From: Thermoanaerobaculia bacterium
GTDB lineage: Bacteria > Acidobacteriota > Thermoanaerobaculia > Multivoradales > UBA5704
NCBI GenBank assembly: GCA_035637095.1
Contig: DASPXX010000144.1
Location: 7,578-71,577, forward strand
Direction of reading: 5' to 3'
DNA: 64,000 nucleotides
Under the pieces are notes generated by a model. The model searched no databases, was not told the DNA's origin, and saw nothing but the letters and a program-made list of their open reading frames with translations. Shown piece by piece: positions 42,402-53,700 of the stretch. The number at the start of each line of letters is the position of its first letter. Position 1 is the first letter of the stretch. Made by a program: the position numbers and the translations under genes.

Positions 42402-43766
42402 CTATGCCGATCGCGGCTGAACCTCGAACAGAACGCCTTCGCTGGCGCCTCGGGCGGAATTGATGACTTCATCCCCCATTCCCCGTGGGATCATTCGCAG
42501 GAACCCTCCGCCGTAGCTTTCGCCGAAGCAGAAGGTCCCCCACACCACGTCGTAGTCCCCATATCCCTGCTCCCCGCGCTGGTAGATATAAGGTCTCGAG
42601 TCGACCCGCTCCTGCGCCAACCATTCCCCTTGTGTAACCGCCTCGGCCACGAGCCGCGCCCATACGTCCGGTGGAGTCGATCGCCCGAAGGTCACTCCGC
42701 GACCTTGGTAGCCAAAGGAGGGCTTGAGCACGAAATCCTCGCGATGAGCGAGCAACAGGTCGGGCAGGGATCTCGTGACTCCGCGATAGGTCGCTGCGCC
42801 GGGCCCGACCGCGCGTGTCCAGGGCAGGTATCTCTCGATGACTTCCCGTTCCTCCGCTGTGAACAGAGCGGAATCCGCCCGCTCGGAAAGCAAAGCGAGA
42901 ATCCGCTTGTCGCTGAGAAGCTGGGTGATCGGGCCGTTGTAGAGGCTCAAATGGCCCGCCTTGAAAGACCGGAACACGGCTCGCGGAAGCGCCTCCGAGC
43001 TCATCAGCACGACGGTGTGGATCGGCCGCCCGTCCCGATGCCAGATCTGGTTTTGCAGACCGGATAGATCGGCACAGGAGCAGAGCACCACCTCACCTGT
43101 CAGCCCTGTGCCGCTCGCGCTCAGCAAGTTGCGATAGGTTCGGCTGAGGCTCTCGGCCTCGCCCGGCGGTGGAGCGCTCATGGCGATCGCGATGTTGAGC
43201 ACTCCACTCGCCGCGGTGGGCTGACCGAGGTTGTGGTCGATGATGAACTGCATCATCATCGCCAGAGAGTCCCGGTAGTGCGGGGTGATCCCTTCTTCCT
43301 TGAGGAACCGGGCGATTACTGGGTTGGTCAGAACGCGCTGCTCGAAGTAGCGGTGCTGCCAACCACCGATCATCCCGGCGTTGACCTCCAGGCACTTGAA
43401 GCCGCCAGGTGTATCGATGTAGTCGTTGCGGACCAGCACGGCATCGAGGCCGCTGGGCGGTTCGAGGAGAATGGCGGTCAGCGCCTCGTCCCGGATTCCA
43501 TAGTAGGCAGCTACCCTGCGGGGATCATTTCCGAAGAAACGCTCCGGGATGCTCTTGACCAGACGCGTCAGCTCGATCGTGGCGCGGCGTATTTCGGCGA
43601 GCTTCTCGCCATCCACGAAGGTGGGCCATGATTGCAGCGGGGCGAGGTACGGAGCGGAAGCGAGGTGGTCCAACCGCCGCGTCAGCTCGGGATCGCTGGT
43701 TATGTATTCGAGGAATCGCTGTGCCGCTCGCGAGAGATGGAGTGCAGCTTGGCTCACTGGCTTCAC
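42402..43766 (-). CDS. Circularly permuted ATP-grasp / glutathionylspermidine-synthase-like ligase; start approximate
   Basis: RNDYI...FKCLEVN, FVLKPSFGYQGRGV..G, WLAQERV motifs. The longer ORF-track start at 44357 is antisense to the NRPS remnant. Confidence 0.75.
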   Translation of the reverse strand: MKPVSQAALHLSRAAQRFLEYITSDPELTRRLDHLASAPYLAPLQSWPTFVDGEKLAEIRRATIELTRLVKSIPERFFGNDPRRVAAYYGIRDEALTAILLEPPSGLDAVLVRNDYIDTPGGFKCLEVNAGMIGGWQHRYFEQRVLTNPVIARFLKEEGITPHYRDSLAMMMQFIIDHNLGQPTAASGVLNIAIAMSAPPPGEAESLSRTYRNLLSASGTGLTGEVVLCSCADLSGLQNQIWHRDGRPIHTVVLMSSEALPRAVFRSFKAGHLSLYNGPITQLLSDKRILALLSERADSALFTAEEREVIERYLPWTRAVGPGAATYRGVTRSLPDLLLAHREDFVLKPSFGYQGRGVTFGRSTPPDVWARLVAEAVTQGEWLAQERVDSRPYIYQRGEQGYGDYDVVWGTFCFGESYGGGFLRMIPRGMGDEVINSARGASEGVLFEVQPRSA

Positions 43767-43898
43767 GCGAGACTCCGCTTCAGGTCCTAGGTAGGGCTTA
43801 GTATAGTCGAGGCTACCTTTGGGTGTCGGCCTGGAACGTTGTCTCGGATTGTAGAGGTGTGCCGCACTATCCGTTGGTGGACGGGGTTTCAGGAGGAG

Positions 43899-44721
43899 TT
43901 GCTGAATCTGGACAGTGAACGAGCACGATCGCTGGTTCCGCAGAAGGGGGAGGACCTCCTCGATCTCTTCGCGCGGATCTGCCATGCGGTCCCGGATGCG
44001 CCGGCCGTCGAGGGGAGAGGCACCAGCCTTTCCTACAGGGAGTTGGACCGGACCGCCCGCCGTCTGGCGGCGCGCCTCGCCGCAGCGGGGATCGCCCCGG
44101 CGGACCCGGTCGCTCTCTACTGCCCCGATCCCATCGCCTGGATCGTCTCGATCCTCGCCTGTCTCCGGACGGGCGCGGCGTTCGTACCCCTCGATCCGGA
44201 ATGGCCCGGCGAGCGGCTGCGCGAGGTGCTGGCCGACCTCGCGCCGGCGGCGTTGCTCGCCGATGCGGGCGCGGGAGAGGACGTGGAGGAGCTGGCCCGC
44301 AGACCCCGGGATGCGGCAGCGGCTGGCCGCGATGCCCCGGCCCGAGGTCGTCTTCAACTATCTGGGCCAGCTCGACGCGGCGCTCTCCGCGGAGTCGTGG
44401 CTGCGCCCGGCGCCCGAGTCGCCGGGACCAGGCCGCAGCCCGCGGCAGCCGCGCGCGCACCTCCTGGAGATCAACGCCAGCATCGTCGCAGGGCGGCTGG
44501 AGGCGGTCTGGACCTGGGGCACGGAGATCCACCGGCGCGCCACCGTGGAGCGCCTGGCCGCCGGATTCCTGGCGCGGTTGCGCGAGCTTCTCGCGCTCGG
44601 CCGCTCCGAAGGCGCGGCCGGCTTCACGCCGTCCGACTTTCCCGAGATGGGGTTCGTGCAGGACGATCTGGACGATCTCCTGGCGGACCTCGACCGGACC
44701 ATTCGGGAGGGAGAGCGGTGA
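43899..44721 (+). pseudogene. Chimeric NRPS remnant: adenylation-domain N-terminus joined out of frame to an epimerization-domain C-terminus
   Basis: ~43899-44300 reads KGEDLLDLFARIC...AFVPLDPEWP; ~44299-44721, in another frame, reads PRPEVVFNYLGQLD...LLEINASIVAGRL...GFTPSDFP* and ends in a GTGA overlap with the NRPS start. Confidence 0.75.
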
Positions 44722-47700
44722 CGGGATCGTGCCGGGGCGGTGAGCGCACCCTTGAAGATGTGAGCCTCCAATCGAACCGGCCCGCCGGGCCGTGGACGCT
44801 GGTCGAGCTGCTGGAGAGCCGGGCCGGCATCCACCCGGACCGTGGCTACGAGATCCTGCCGGACGGCGAGCCCGGCGCCGCGCTGCGGCTGACCTATGCC
44901 GAGCTCGCGCACCGGGCGCGCCTCATCGCCGCGCACCTGCGCGAGGCGGGAGCGGCGGGGGAGCGGGTCCTCCTGCTCTTCCCGCCGGGGCTGGACTTCA
45001 TCGCCGGGTTCTTCGGGTGCCTCTACGCCGGGGCGGTGGCCGTGCCGGCCTATCCGCCGCGGCCCAGGCGGAGCGATCCGCGGCTCGCCTCGATCGCGGC
45101 CGACTGCCGTCCGCGGGCGGTCCTGACCATCTCCTCGATCCTGGCCCGCGCGGCGTCCCTGGCGGAGGCGGTGCCGCCGCTCGCCGCGGCCCGCTGGATC
45201 GCCACCGACGAGCTGCCGGACGACGCCGGATCGGACCCCGTCCCGGCGCCGGCCCCCTCGGCGCCCGCCTTCCTCCAGTACACCTCGGGCTCGACCGGCA
45301 CACCCAAGGGCGTCGTGGTGACCCACGCCAACCTGGTGCACAACGAGGAGATGATCCGGCGCGCCTTCCGGCAGTCGGAGAGCTCGGTCGTGGTGGGCTG
45401 GCTGCCGCTCTACCACGACATGGGGCTGATCGGGAACGTGCTGCAGCCCCTGTGGGTGGGGTGCGAGTGCGTGCTGATGCCGCCGGTCGCCTTTCTCCAG
45501 AAGCCGCTGCGCTGGCTCGCGGCGATCGACCGCTGCCGGGCGACGACGAGCGGCGGCCCGAACTTCGCCTACGACCTCTGCGTGCGGAAGATCGCGCCCG
45601 CGGAGCGTGAGACGCTCGACCTCTCGACCTGGGAGGTGGCGTTCAACGGCGCCGAGCCGGTGCGCGCCGAGACGCTGGAGCGCTTCGCCGAGGCGTTCGC
45701 GCCCTGCGGCTTCCGCCGCGAGGCCTTCGTCCCCTGCTATGGCCTGGCCGAGGCGACGCTCCTGGTCACCGCGGCATCGGGCCGAGCGGACCGATCCTCT
45801 CCAGGACCGGTGAGCTGCGGCGCCATTCCCTCGGGCGGCGAGGTCCGGCTGGTCGATCCCGAGTCGGGCTCCGATCTGCCGCCGGGCGAGGTCGGCGAGA
45901 TCTGGGTGGCGGGGCCGAGCGTGGCCGCCGGCTACTGGGACAGGCCGGAGGAGACGGAGCGGATGTTCCGCGCCGCGCTCGCCAGCGGCGAGGGACCCTT
46001 CCTGCGCACCGGAGACCTCGGGTTCCTCTCCGGCGGCGAGCTGTTCGTGGCCGGCCGGCTCAAGGACCTGATCATCCTGCGGGGGCGCAACCACTACCCG
46101 CAGGACGTCGAGCGGACGGCCGAGGCGGGGAGCCCGGCGCTCCGCCCCGGCTGCACGGCGGCGTTCTCCGTGGACGCGGGGGACGAGGAGCGCCTGGTGG
46201 TCGTCGCCGAGGTCGAGCGCCACGCCGATGCCGCGGCGGCCGTGGAGGCGGTCCGCCGGGCGGTCGCCGAGGAGCACGAGGTCCAGGTCCACGAGGTGGT
46301 CCTGGTGCGCACGGGCACAATCCCCAGGACCTCCAGCGGCAAGATCCGCCGCCAGGCCTGCCGGGAGGGCTACCTGGGCGGCGGGCTCTCGGTGGTGACG
46401 CGGGGCGGGGTCGGAGGCGACGACTGGGAGGCCGGCCTGGAGGCGGGGAGCTCCGACCTCCTCGCCTGGCTCCGCGGTGAGATCGCTCGGCTCGTCCGCG
46501 GCCGTCCGGAGAGCGTGGACCCGGCCCTCCCGCTGATCTCCCTGGGTGTCGACTCGCTCGCCGCCGTCGAGCTCCAGCATGCGGTGGAATCGGCCCTGGG
46601 TGTCGCCGTCTCCATGCCCGAGCTGCTGGAGGGCACCACTCTGGCGGAGCTCGCCGGAGTCCTGGAGAAGCGGCTCGCGGAGGTGCCGCGCCGGTGGACA
46701 CAGACCGCCGCGCTCCTGGAAGGAGAGCAGCCGCTATCCTTCGGCCAGCGGGGTCTCTGGTTCCTCCACCGCCTGGCGCCCGAGGAAGGCGCCTACAACC
46801 TGGTGGCCGCGGCGCGCACCGAGGACCTCGATCCGGAGGCGCTGCGCCGCGCCCTCGCCGCGCTCTGCGTGCGCCACGCGTCGCTCCGCTCGGTCTTCGT
46901 CGAGACGGGCGGCGAGCCGGCCCGGCGGGTGCTCGCGGCTCCCGATCTCGATTTCGCCGTCGCGGACGCCCCGGCCTGGGACGAGGCCTGGCGCCCCTTC
47001 GAGCTGGCGGAGCGGCCTCCGGTGCGGGTGCGCCTCTGGCGGTCGTCCGGCGGGTCCGAGGGCGCCTGGATCGTCCTCCTCGCGGTGCACCACCTGGTGG
47101 CCGACTTCTGGTCCCTCGCCCTGATGCTGGAGGAGCTGGGAGCGCTCTACGCGGCGGAGAAGACGGGAGTGCCGGCCGTCCTCCCGGAGCCGGCGGCCGG
47201 CTATGGCGACTACGTCCGCTGGCAGCGCGAGCGGCTGGCCGGCGCCGAGGGGGAGCGTCTCTGGGCCTATTGGCGCGAGCGGCTGGCCGGCGACCTGCCG
47301 CACCTCGATCTCCCCACCGACCGGCCGCGGCCGGCCGTCCAGAGCTTCCGCGGCGTCTCGCGCGCCCGGCTCCTGCCGCCCGATCTGGCCGGCGGCCTGG
47401 AGCGGCTGGGGCGGGAGCGAGGGGCGACCCTGTTCATGGTCCTGGCGACGGCGTTCCACGCCCTGCTGCACCGCGCCTCCGGTCAGGAGACGATCCTGGT
47501 GGGCTCGCCCACGGCGGGCCGCGAGGCGCCGGAGCTGGCCGGCGTGGTCGGCTACTTCGCCAACCCGGTGGTGCTGCGCGCCGACTTCCCCGAGAACGGC
47601 CTCGGCTTCGCCGGCCTGCTGAAGGCCGTGCGGCGCGACGCCCTGGGCGCCTTCGCCCATGCCGCCTTGCCGTTCCCCCTGCTCACCGAGCGGCTGCACC

Positions 47701-50700
47701 CGGAGCGCGACGCCAGCCGCAACCCGCTGTTCCAGGCCATGCTCGTGCTGCAGAAGGCGCACCGGGCCGGCGTGCCGGGCCTCGCCGCGTTCGCCCTGGG
47801 AGAGGAGGGACCCGCGGTGCGCCTGGGTCCGCTGTCCCTCGCCCCGGTGGCGCTCGCCGAGCGCCGCTCGCCGTTCGATCTGATGCTCATGCTCGCCGCG
47901 GTGGACGGCGGTCTGGCCGCCGGGCTCCAGGTCGCGGCCGACCTCTTCGACCCCGCCACCGCGGCCCGCCTCCTCGGGCACTTCGAGGTCCTCCTGCGCG
48001 AGATCGTCGCCGATCCGGAGCAGCGGGTGGAGGAGATCGCGCTGCTCACCGCCGCCGAGCGCGAGGAGGTCCTGGTCCGCTGGAACGATACGGCCCTGGA
48101 CGTGCCGGGAGGCCTGACGCTGGTGGATCTGGTGGAAGCCCAGGCCGAGCGCACACCGGAGGCGCCGGCAGTGATCCACGGCGAAGAGGCGCTGACCTAC
48201 CGGGAGCTGATGGAGCGGGCGGACCAGCTCGCCGCGACTCTCCGGGAGCGGGGCGTGGGTCCCGAGGTGCGGGTCGGCGTCTGCCGGGAGCGCGACCTCG
48301 ATCTGGTGGTGAGTCTGTTCGGCGTGCTCAAGGCCGGCGGCGCCTATGTGCCGCTCGATCCGGCCTACCCGGCCGAGCGGCTGCGGTTCATGACGGAGGA
48401 CTCCGGAGCGCAGGTGATCCTGGATCGGACCGATCGGTCCGATGTCCCGCGCTCGCCCCGCGCCGTGCCGCGGTCGCTCGCCTACCTTATTTATACCTCC
48501 GGTTCCACGGGCCGGCCCAAGGCGGTGGCGATCGAGCACCGCAGCGCGGTGGCGCTGGTGGCGTGGGCGCGGGAGGTGTTCTCCGCCGAAGACCTGGCGG
48601 GCGTGCTCTTCGCCACCTCGGTCTGCTTCGACCTGTCGGTCTTCGAGCTGTTCGTCCCCCTCTCGCTGGGCGGCACGGTGATCCTGGCTCCGGATGCCCT
48701 GGCTCTCCCGGAGCTGCCCGCGGCGGGGCGGGTCACCCTGATCAACACGGTTCCCTCGGCGATGGAGCAGCTGGTGGCGGGTCCGCTGCCGGCGTCGCTG
48801 CGGGTGGTCAACCTGGCGGGCGAGCCCCTCCCGGGCGACCTGGTGCGGCGGATTCACGAGCGGCGGCCGGAGGTGCGGGTCTACAACCTCTACGGTCCCT
48901 CGGAGGACACCACGTATTCGACGGGCGGGCCGGTCCCTCCGGGTGAGCGCGTCCCCTCGATCGGGCGCCCGGTCGCCAACGCGCGGGTCTATCTGCTGGA
49001 CCGGCGGGGCGGTCCGGTGCCGGTGGGCGTACCCGGGGAGCTGTGGATCGGCGGTGCGGGGCTCGCGCGCGGCTATCTGGGGCGGCCGGACCTCACGGCC
49101 GAGCGCTTCCGCCCTGATCCTCTCTCGGGCCGGCCGGGCGAGCGGCTCTACCGCACCGGCGACCTGGCGTGCTGGCGGGCCGGGGGCGAGATCGATTTCC
49201 TGGGCCGCGTCGACCACCAGGTCAAGATCCGCGGCTTCCGCATCGAGCTCGGCGAGGTCGAGGCCGCCCTGCGCGAGCATCCGGCGGTGCGCGAGGCCGT
49301 GGTGGTGGCGCGCGATCACCGAGCGGGCCGGCGGTTGGTGGCCTATGTTGCGGGCGATCTGCCGCCGGCGGGGGTTACGGGCGCGCTTCAGAGCTTCCTG
49401 CGCGAGAGGCTTCCCGCCTCGATGGTGCCGGCGGCGGTGGTGGTGCTCGACGCCCTGCCGCGCACGCCGAACGGCAAGGTGGACCGCAAGGCCCTGCCGG
49501 AGCCCGCCACACCGGACCGGACCGCCGGGTACGCGCCGCCGCGCGATGCGCGGGAGGAGGCCCTGGCCGCGATCTGGGCGCGGACTCTCGGCGTCGAGCA
49601 GGTGGGAATCGGCGACAACTTCTTCGCGCTGGGCGGCGACTCGATCCTCAGCCTGCAGGTGGTGGCCCGCGCCCGCGAGGCCGGGCTGCGGCTGACCGCG
49701 CAGCAGGTGTTCCAGCACCAGACGCTGGCCGAGCTGGCCGCGGCGGCCGGGGAGGGCGCGGCCGTCGCGAGCCAGGCGGAGGTGACCGGCCCGGTGCCGC
49801 TGACGCCGATCCAGCGGTGGTTCTTTTCCCTGGACCCCGAGGAGCCCTGGCATTTCAATCAGGCCGTCCGGGTGCGCGCCCGCCGTGCCCTGGAGCCGCG
49901 GGTCCTGGAGGGAGCCCTGGAGGCCCTGCTCCGGCACCACGACGCCCTGCGCCTCCGCTTCACGCGGGACGCGGACGGCGCTTGGCACCAGGAGGGGGAG
50001 GCCTGGCGCCAGTCCTCGCCGTTGACGGTTGTGGACCTGGCCGCTCTCCCCGGCGCGACGCGGGAGGCGGCGCGCGCCGCGGCGGAGGCCGCGGTCCAGG
50101 CGGGCTTCGACCTGGCGCGCGGGCCGCTCTTCCGCGGTCTCCTGTTCACCGGAGAGGAGACGTCCACCCTTCTCCTCACGGCACATCACCTGGTCGTCGA
50201 CGGCGTCTCCTGGCGCATCCTTCTCGAAGACCTGCACACGGCGTACACCCACCTGAAGCTTCCCGCCAAGACCGCCTCCTTCCGCGAGCACGCCGAACGC
50301 GTGGCGACGCGCGCAGACCTGCCGGTCGCCGAGGGCACCGGCAAGGCCGGCGAGGTCCGGCGTGCGACCTTCACCCTGCCAGCCCCGCGAGGGTCCGGCG
50401 TCGAGCTGGAGGACGCCCTGCTGTCTGCCGTGGTGGAGGCGTTCGCCCGCCGCACGGGAGAGAGCGCGCCGCGTCTCGACCTGGAACGGCATGGCCGCGA
50501 CTCTGATCTGGACCTCTCCCGGACCGTGGGCTGGCTGACCGAGATCCAGGGGGCGGGAGGAGGCGCGGTGGTCGTCAACTATCTGGGGCGCCTCGACGGG
50601 GTCTTCCCGGCGGCGTCGCCGTTCGCCACCGCCGAGATCGCTGACCTGCCGGTGCACGGGCCGCGCAACCGGCGGGGCCATGCCCTGGCGATCGATGCGT

Positions 50701-53700
50701 GGGTGCTGGACGGCGAGCTGACGGTCCGCTGGGAGCACGCGGCGGGACCCGAGGGGGACGCGGCCGTCCGCGAGCTGGCCGAGGCGTGCCTCGACGCGCT
50801 GCGGGAGATCGTGGACCGCGATGCCGGGTTGGAAGACGCCTATTCCGTGACGCCGCTCCAGGCCGGCATCCTGATGCACGCCCTGGCGAGCCCGGGGTCC
50901 GGCGCCTACGTCCAGCAGCTCTCCTGCGCGCTCAGCGGGGAGCTGGACGAAGCCGCCTTCCTTTCCGCCTGGCAGCGGTTGGTGGACCGCCACACGGTCC
51001 TCCGTACCCGCTTCCGGGCGCGCGGGCTGGATGAGCCGGTCCAGGAGGTGCTGCGCGAAGCCCGGCTGCCCGTCGAACGGGAGGATTGGAGCGCCATGGC
51101 ACCCGAGGAGCGCGCGCGGCGGCTCGCGGCCTATCTGGAGGAAGACCGGGCGCGCGGCTTCGCGCTCGATCGGGCGCCTCTCGCACGCCTCTTCCTGGCG
51201 CGCACGAGCGCTGCCTCCTGGCACCTGGTGCTGACCTATCACCATCTGCTGCTCGACGGTTGGTCCCTGGTCCTCCTGCTGGAGGAGCTGCTCTCCGGCG
51301 CTGGCGACACGCCCCCCCCGGCCCCGTTCCGCGAGTACGTCGACTGGCTGCGCCGGTGGGACGGCGCGCCGGCCGAGGCATTCTGGCGGCGGGTGGTGGG
51401 CGACTTTTCCGCTCCCACCCCTCTCGCCGCCGACCGGCCGGTCCCTCCTCCCGAGGAGCGGATGCGGCACGGCGAGGCGCGCGCGCAGCTCCCGGCCGCG
51501 GCCACCGCCGCCCTGGCCGCCGCGGCGCGCCGCCACCAGCTCACGCAAGGCACGCTGGTCGCCGCCGCCTGGGCGCTCCTCCTCGGCCATCTGAGCGGCG
51601 AGGAGGACCTGGTCTTCGGCACCGTGACCTCGGGCCGCTCCGCCGGCCTGCCCGGCATGGAGCGCCGGGTCGGCCTGTTCATCAACACCCTGCCCCTGCG
51701 CCTGCGGGCCGGCCTGGACGCGGCGCTCCTCCCCTGGCTGCGCGACGTCCAGGCGCGGTCGGCCGCGGCGCTGCGCCACGAGCACACACCGCTGGTGGAC
51801 GTCCAGGCCTGGAGCGGCGTGCCGCCCGGCCGGCGGCTGTTCGACAGCATCCTGGCGTTCGAGAACTATCCCGTCGACGCGGCGCTCCACCGGGGGATCG
51901 GCGGCCTGGCGGTCTCCGGCGTCCATTTCGTGGAGCGGATCGACTATCCGACGGCCGTCGTGGTGACCCCCGGCGAGGGCCTGGGGCTCCAGATGATCTA
52001 CGACCGCCGCATGTTCCAACCGGCCACGGTGGCGCGCCGGCTGGAGCAGCTGCGCCGGCTCCTGGAAGGGATCGCGGAGCGGTTGGGCTTCCCCGGCGTC
52101 CGCCTCGGCGACCTCCCCTGGCTGGCCGAGGCCGAGCGGCACCAGATCCTCCTCGAATGGAACGACACGCGCCTTCCGGTGGCCTCCGGGGGGAGGCTGA
52201 TCCACCAGCTCTTCGAGGAGCGGGCCGCGCTCGAACCCGCGGCGGTGGCGGTGGTCTCCGGCGGCGAGGTCCTCACCTACGGCGAGCTCGACCTCCGGGC
52301 CAACCGGCTCGCCCGGCGCCTGCGCGCTTCAGGCGTTGGCCGCGGCTCGCTGGTGGCGGTCCACCTCGGCCGCTCGGCCGGCATGGTGGTGGCGGTGCTG
52401 GGCATCCTCAAGGCCGGCGGCGCCTACGTGCCCGTCGAGGTGACCCTGCCGCCGGTGCGGGTGCGCTGGATCGCCGGTTTCCTGGGCCTCCGCTGGGTGG
52501 TCACCGAGACCGCCCGCCTGGACGCCCTGCGCGCCGCGCTCGGCGATCCGGATCTCCCGCACCTGGTCGCCGTGGATCGCGAGACGCCGGATGTCTCCGA
52601 GGCGCCCCTCGCTCCCGTCGCCGCGCCGGACGACCTCGCCTACATCATCTTCACCTCGGGCTCCACCGGCACGCCCAAGGGCGTCATGGTTCAGCACCGC
52701 CCCGTGCTCAACCTGATCGAGTGGGTCAACGGCACGTTCGGCGTCGGCCCGGACGACCGGGTGCTGTTCATCACCGCGCTCAGCTTCGACCTCTCGGTCT
52801 ACGACATCTTCGGCCTGCTCGCCGCGGGAGGGTCGATCCACGTCGCCGCGGAGCGCGATGTGCGGGAACCGGCGCGCCTGGTGCGGCTCCTGGCCGGGGA
52901 GCCGGTCACCTTCTGGGATTCGGCGCCCGCCGCCCTGCAGCAGCTCGTGCCGTTCCTGCCGGCGGAGCCCCAGGAGGCGGCGAGGCTCCGGCTGGCCTTC
53001 CTCTCGGGTGACTGGATCCCCTTGGGGCTCAAGGACGAGGTGGCCGCCGCCTTCCCGCGGGTCCGCTGCGTTGGCCTGGGCGGCGCCACCGAGGCCACCG
53101 TCTGGTCCAACGTCCACCGCATCGAGACGGTCGAGCGCGAGTGGCGGAGCATCCCCTACGGCCGGCCGATCCGCAACGCGCGCTACCACGTGCTCGACGC
53201 GGCCATCGAGCCGGTGGCCGTGGGGGTGGCCGGCGACCTCTACATCGGCGGCCCCGTGCTCGCCCGGGGGTACGCCGGCGAGCCGGAGCTCACCGCCGGC
53301 AAATTCGTCCCCGACCCATTCGCGGACGAGCCGGGCGCCGTCCTCTACCGCACGGGCGACCGGGCGCGCTACTTCGCGGACGGCAAGCTGGAGTTCCTCG
53401 GGAGGCTGGACCATCAGGTCAAGATCCGCGGGTTCCGCATCGAGCTGGGGGAGATCGAGGCGGCCCTGGGCGATCACCCCGGGGTCCGGGAGGCCCTGGT
53501 CCTGGTGCGCGAGGACACGCCGGGGGATCGCCGGCTGGTGGCCTACGTGGTGCCGGCGGCCGGGCCGGCTCCAGATCCGCGGGAGCTGCGCACCTGGGTG
53601 GCGGACCGCCTCCCCGCCTACATGGTGCCCGCGGCCTGCGTCGTCCTCGACGCCCTGCCGGTCACGGCCAACGGCAAGGTGGACCGCAAGGCCCTGCCGA

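Noticed and set aside
43839-44717. ORF-track 5955-aa NRPS starting at 43839
   Set aside because: Residues over ~44300-44717 are non-domain sequence in that frame while another frame encodes an E-domain tail; the GTGA overlap and RBS support a start at 44718.
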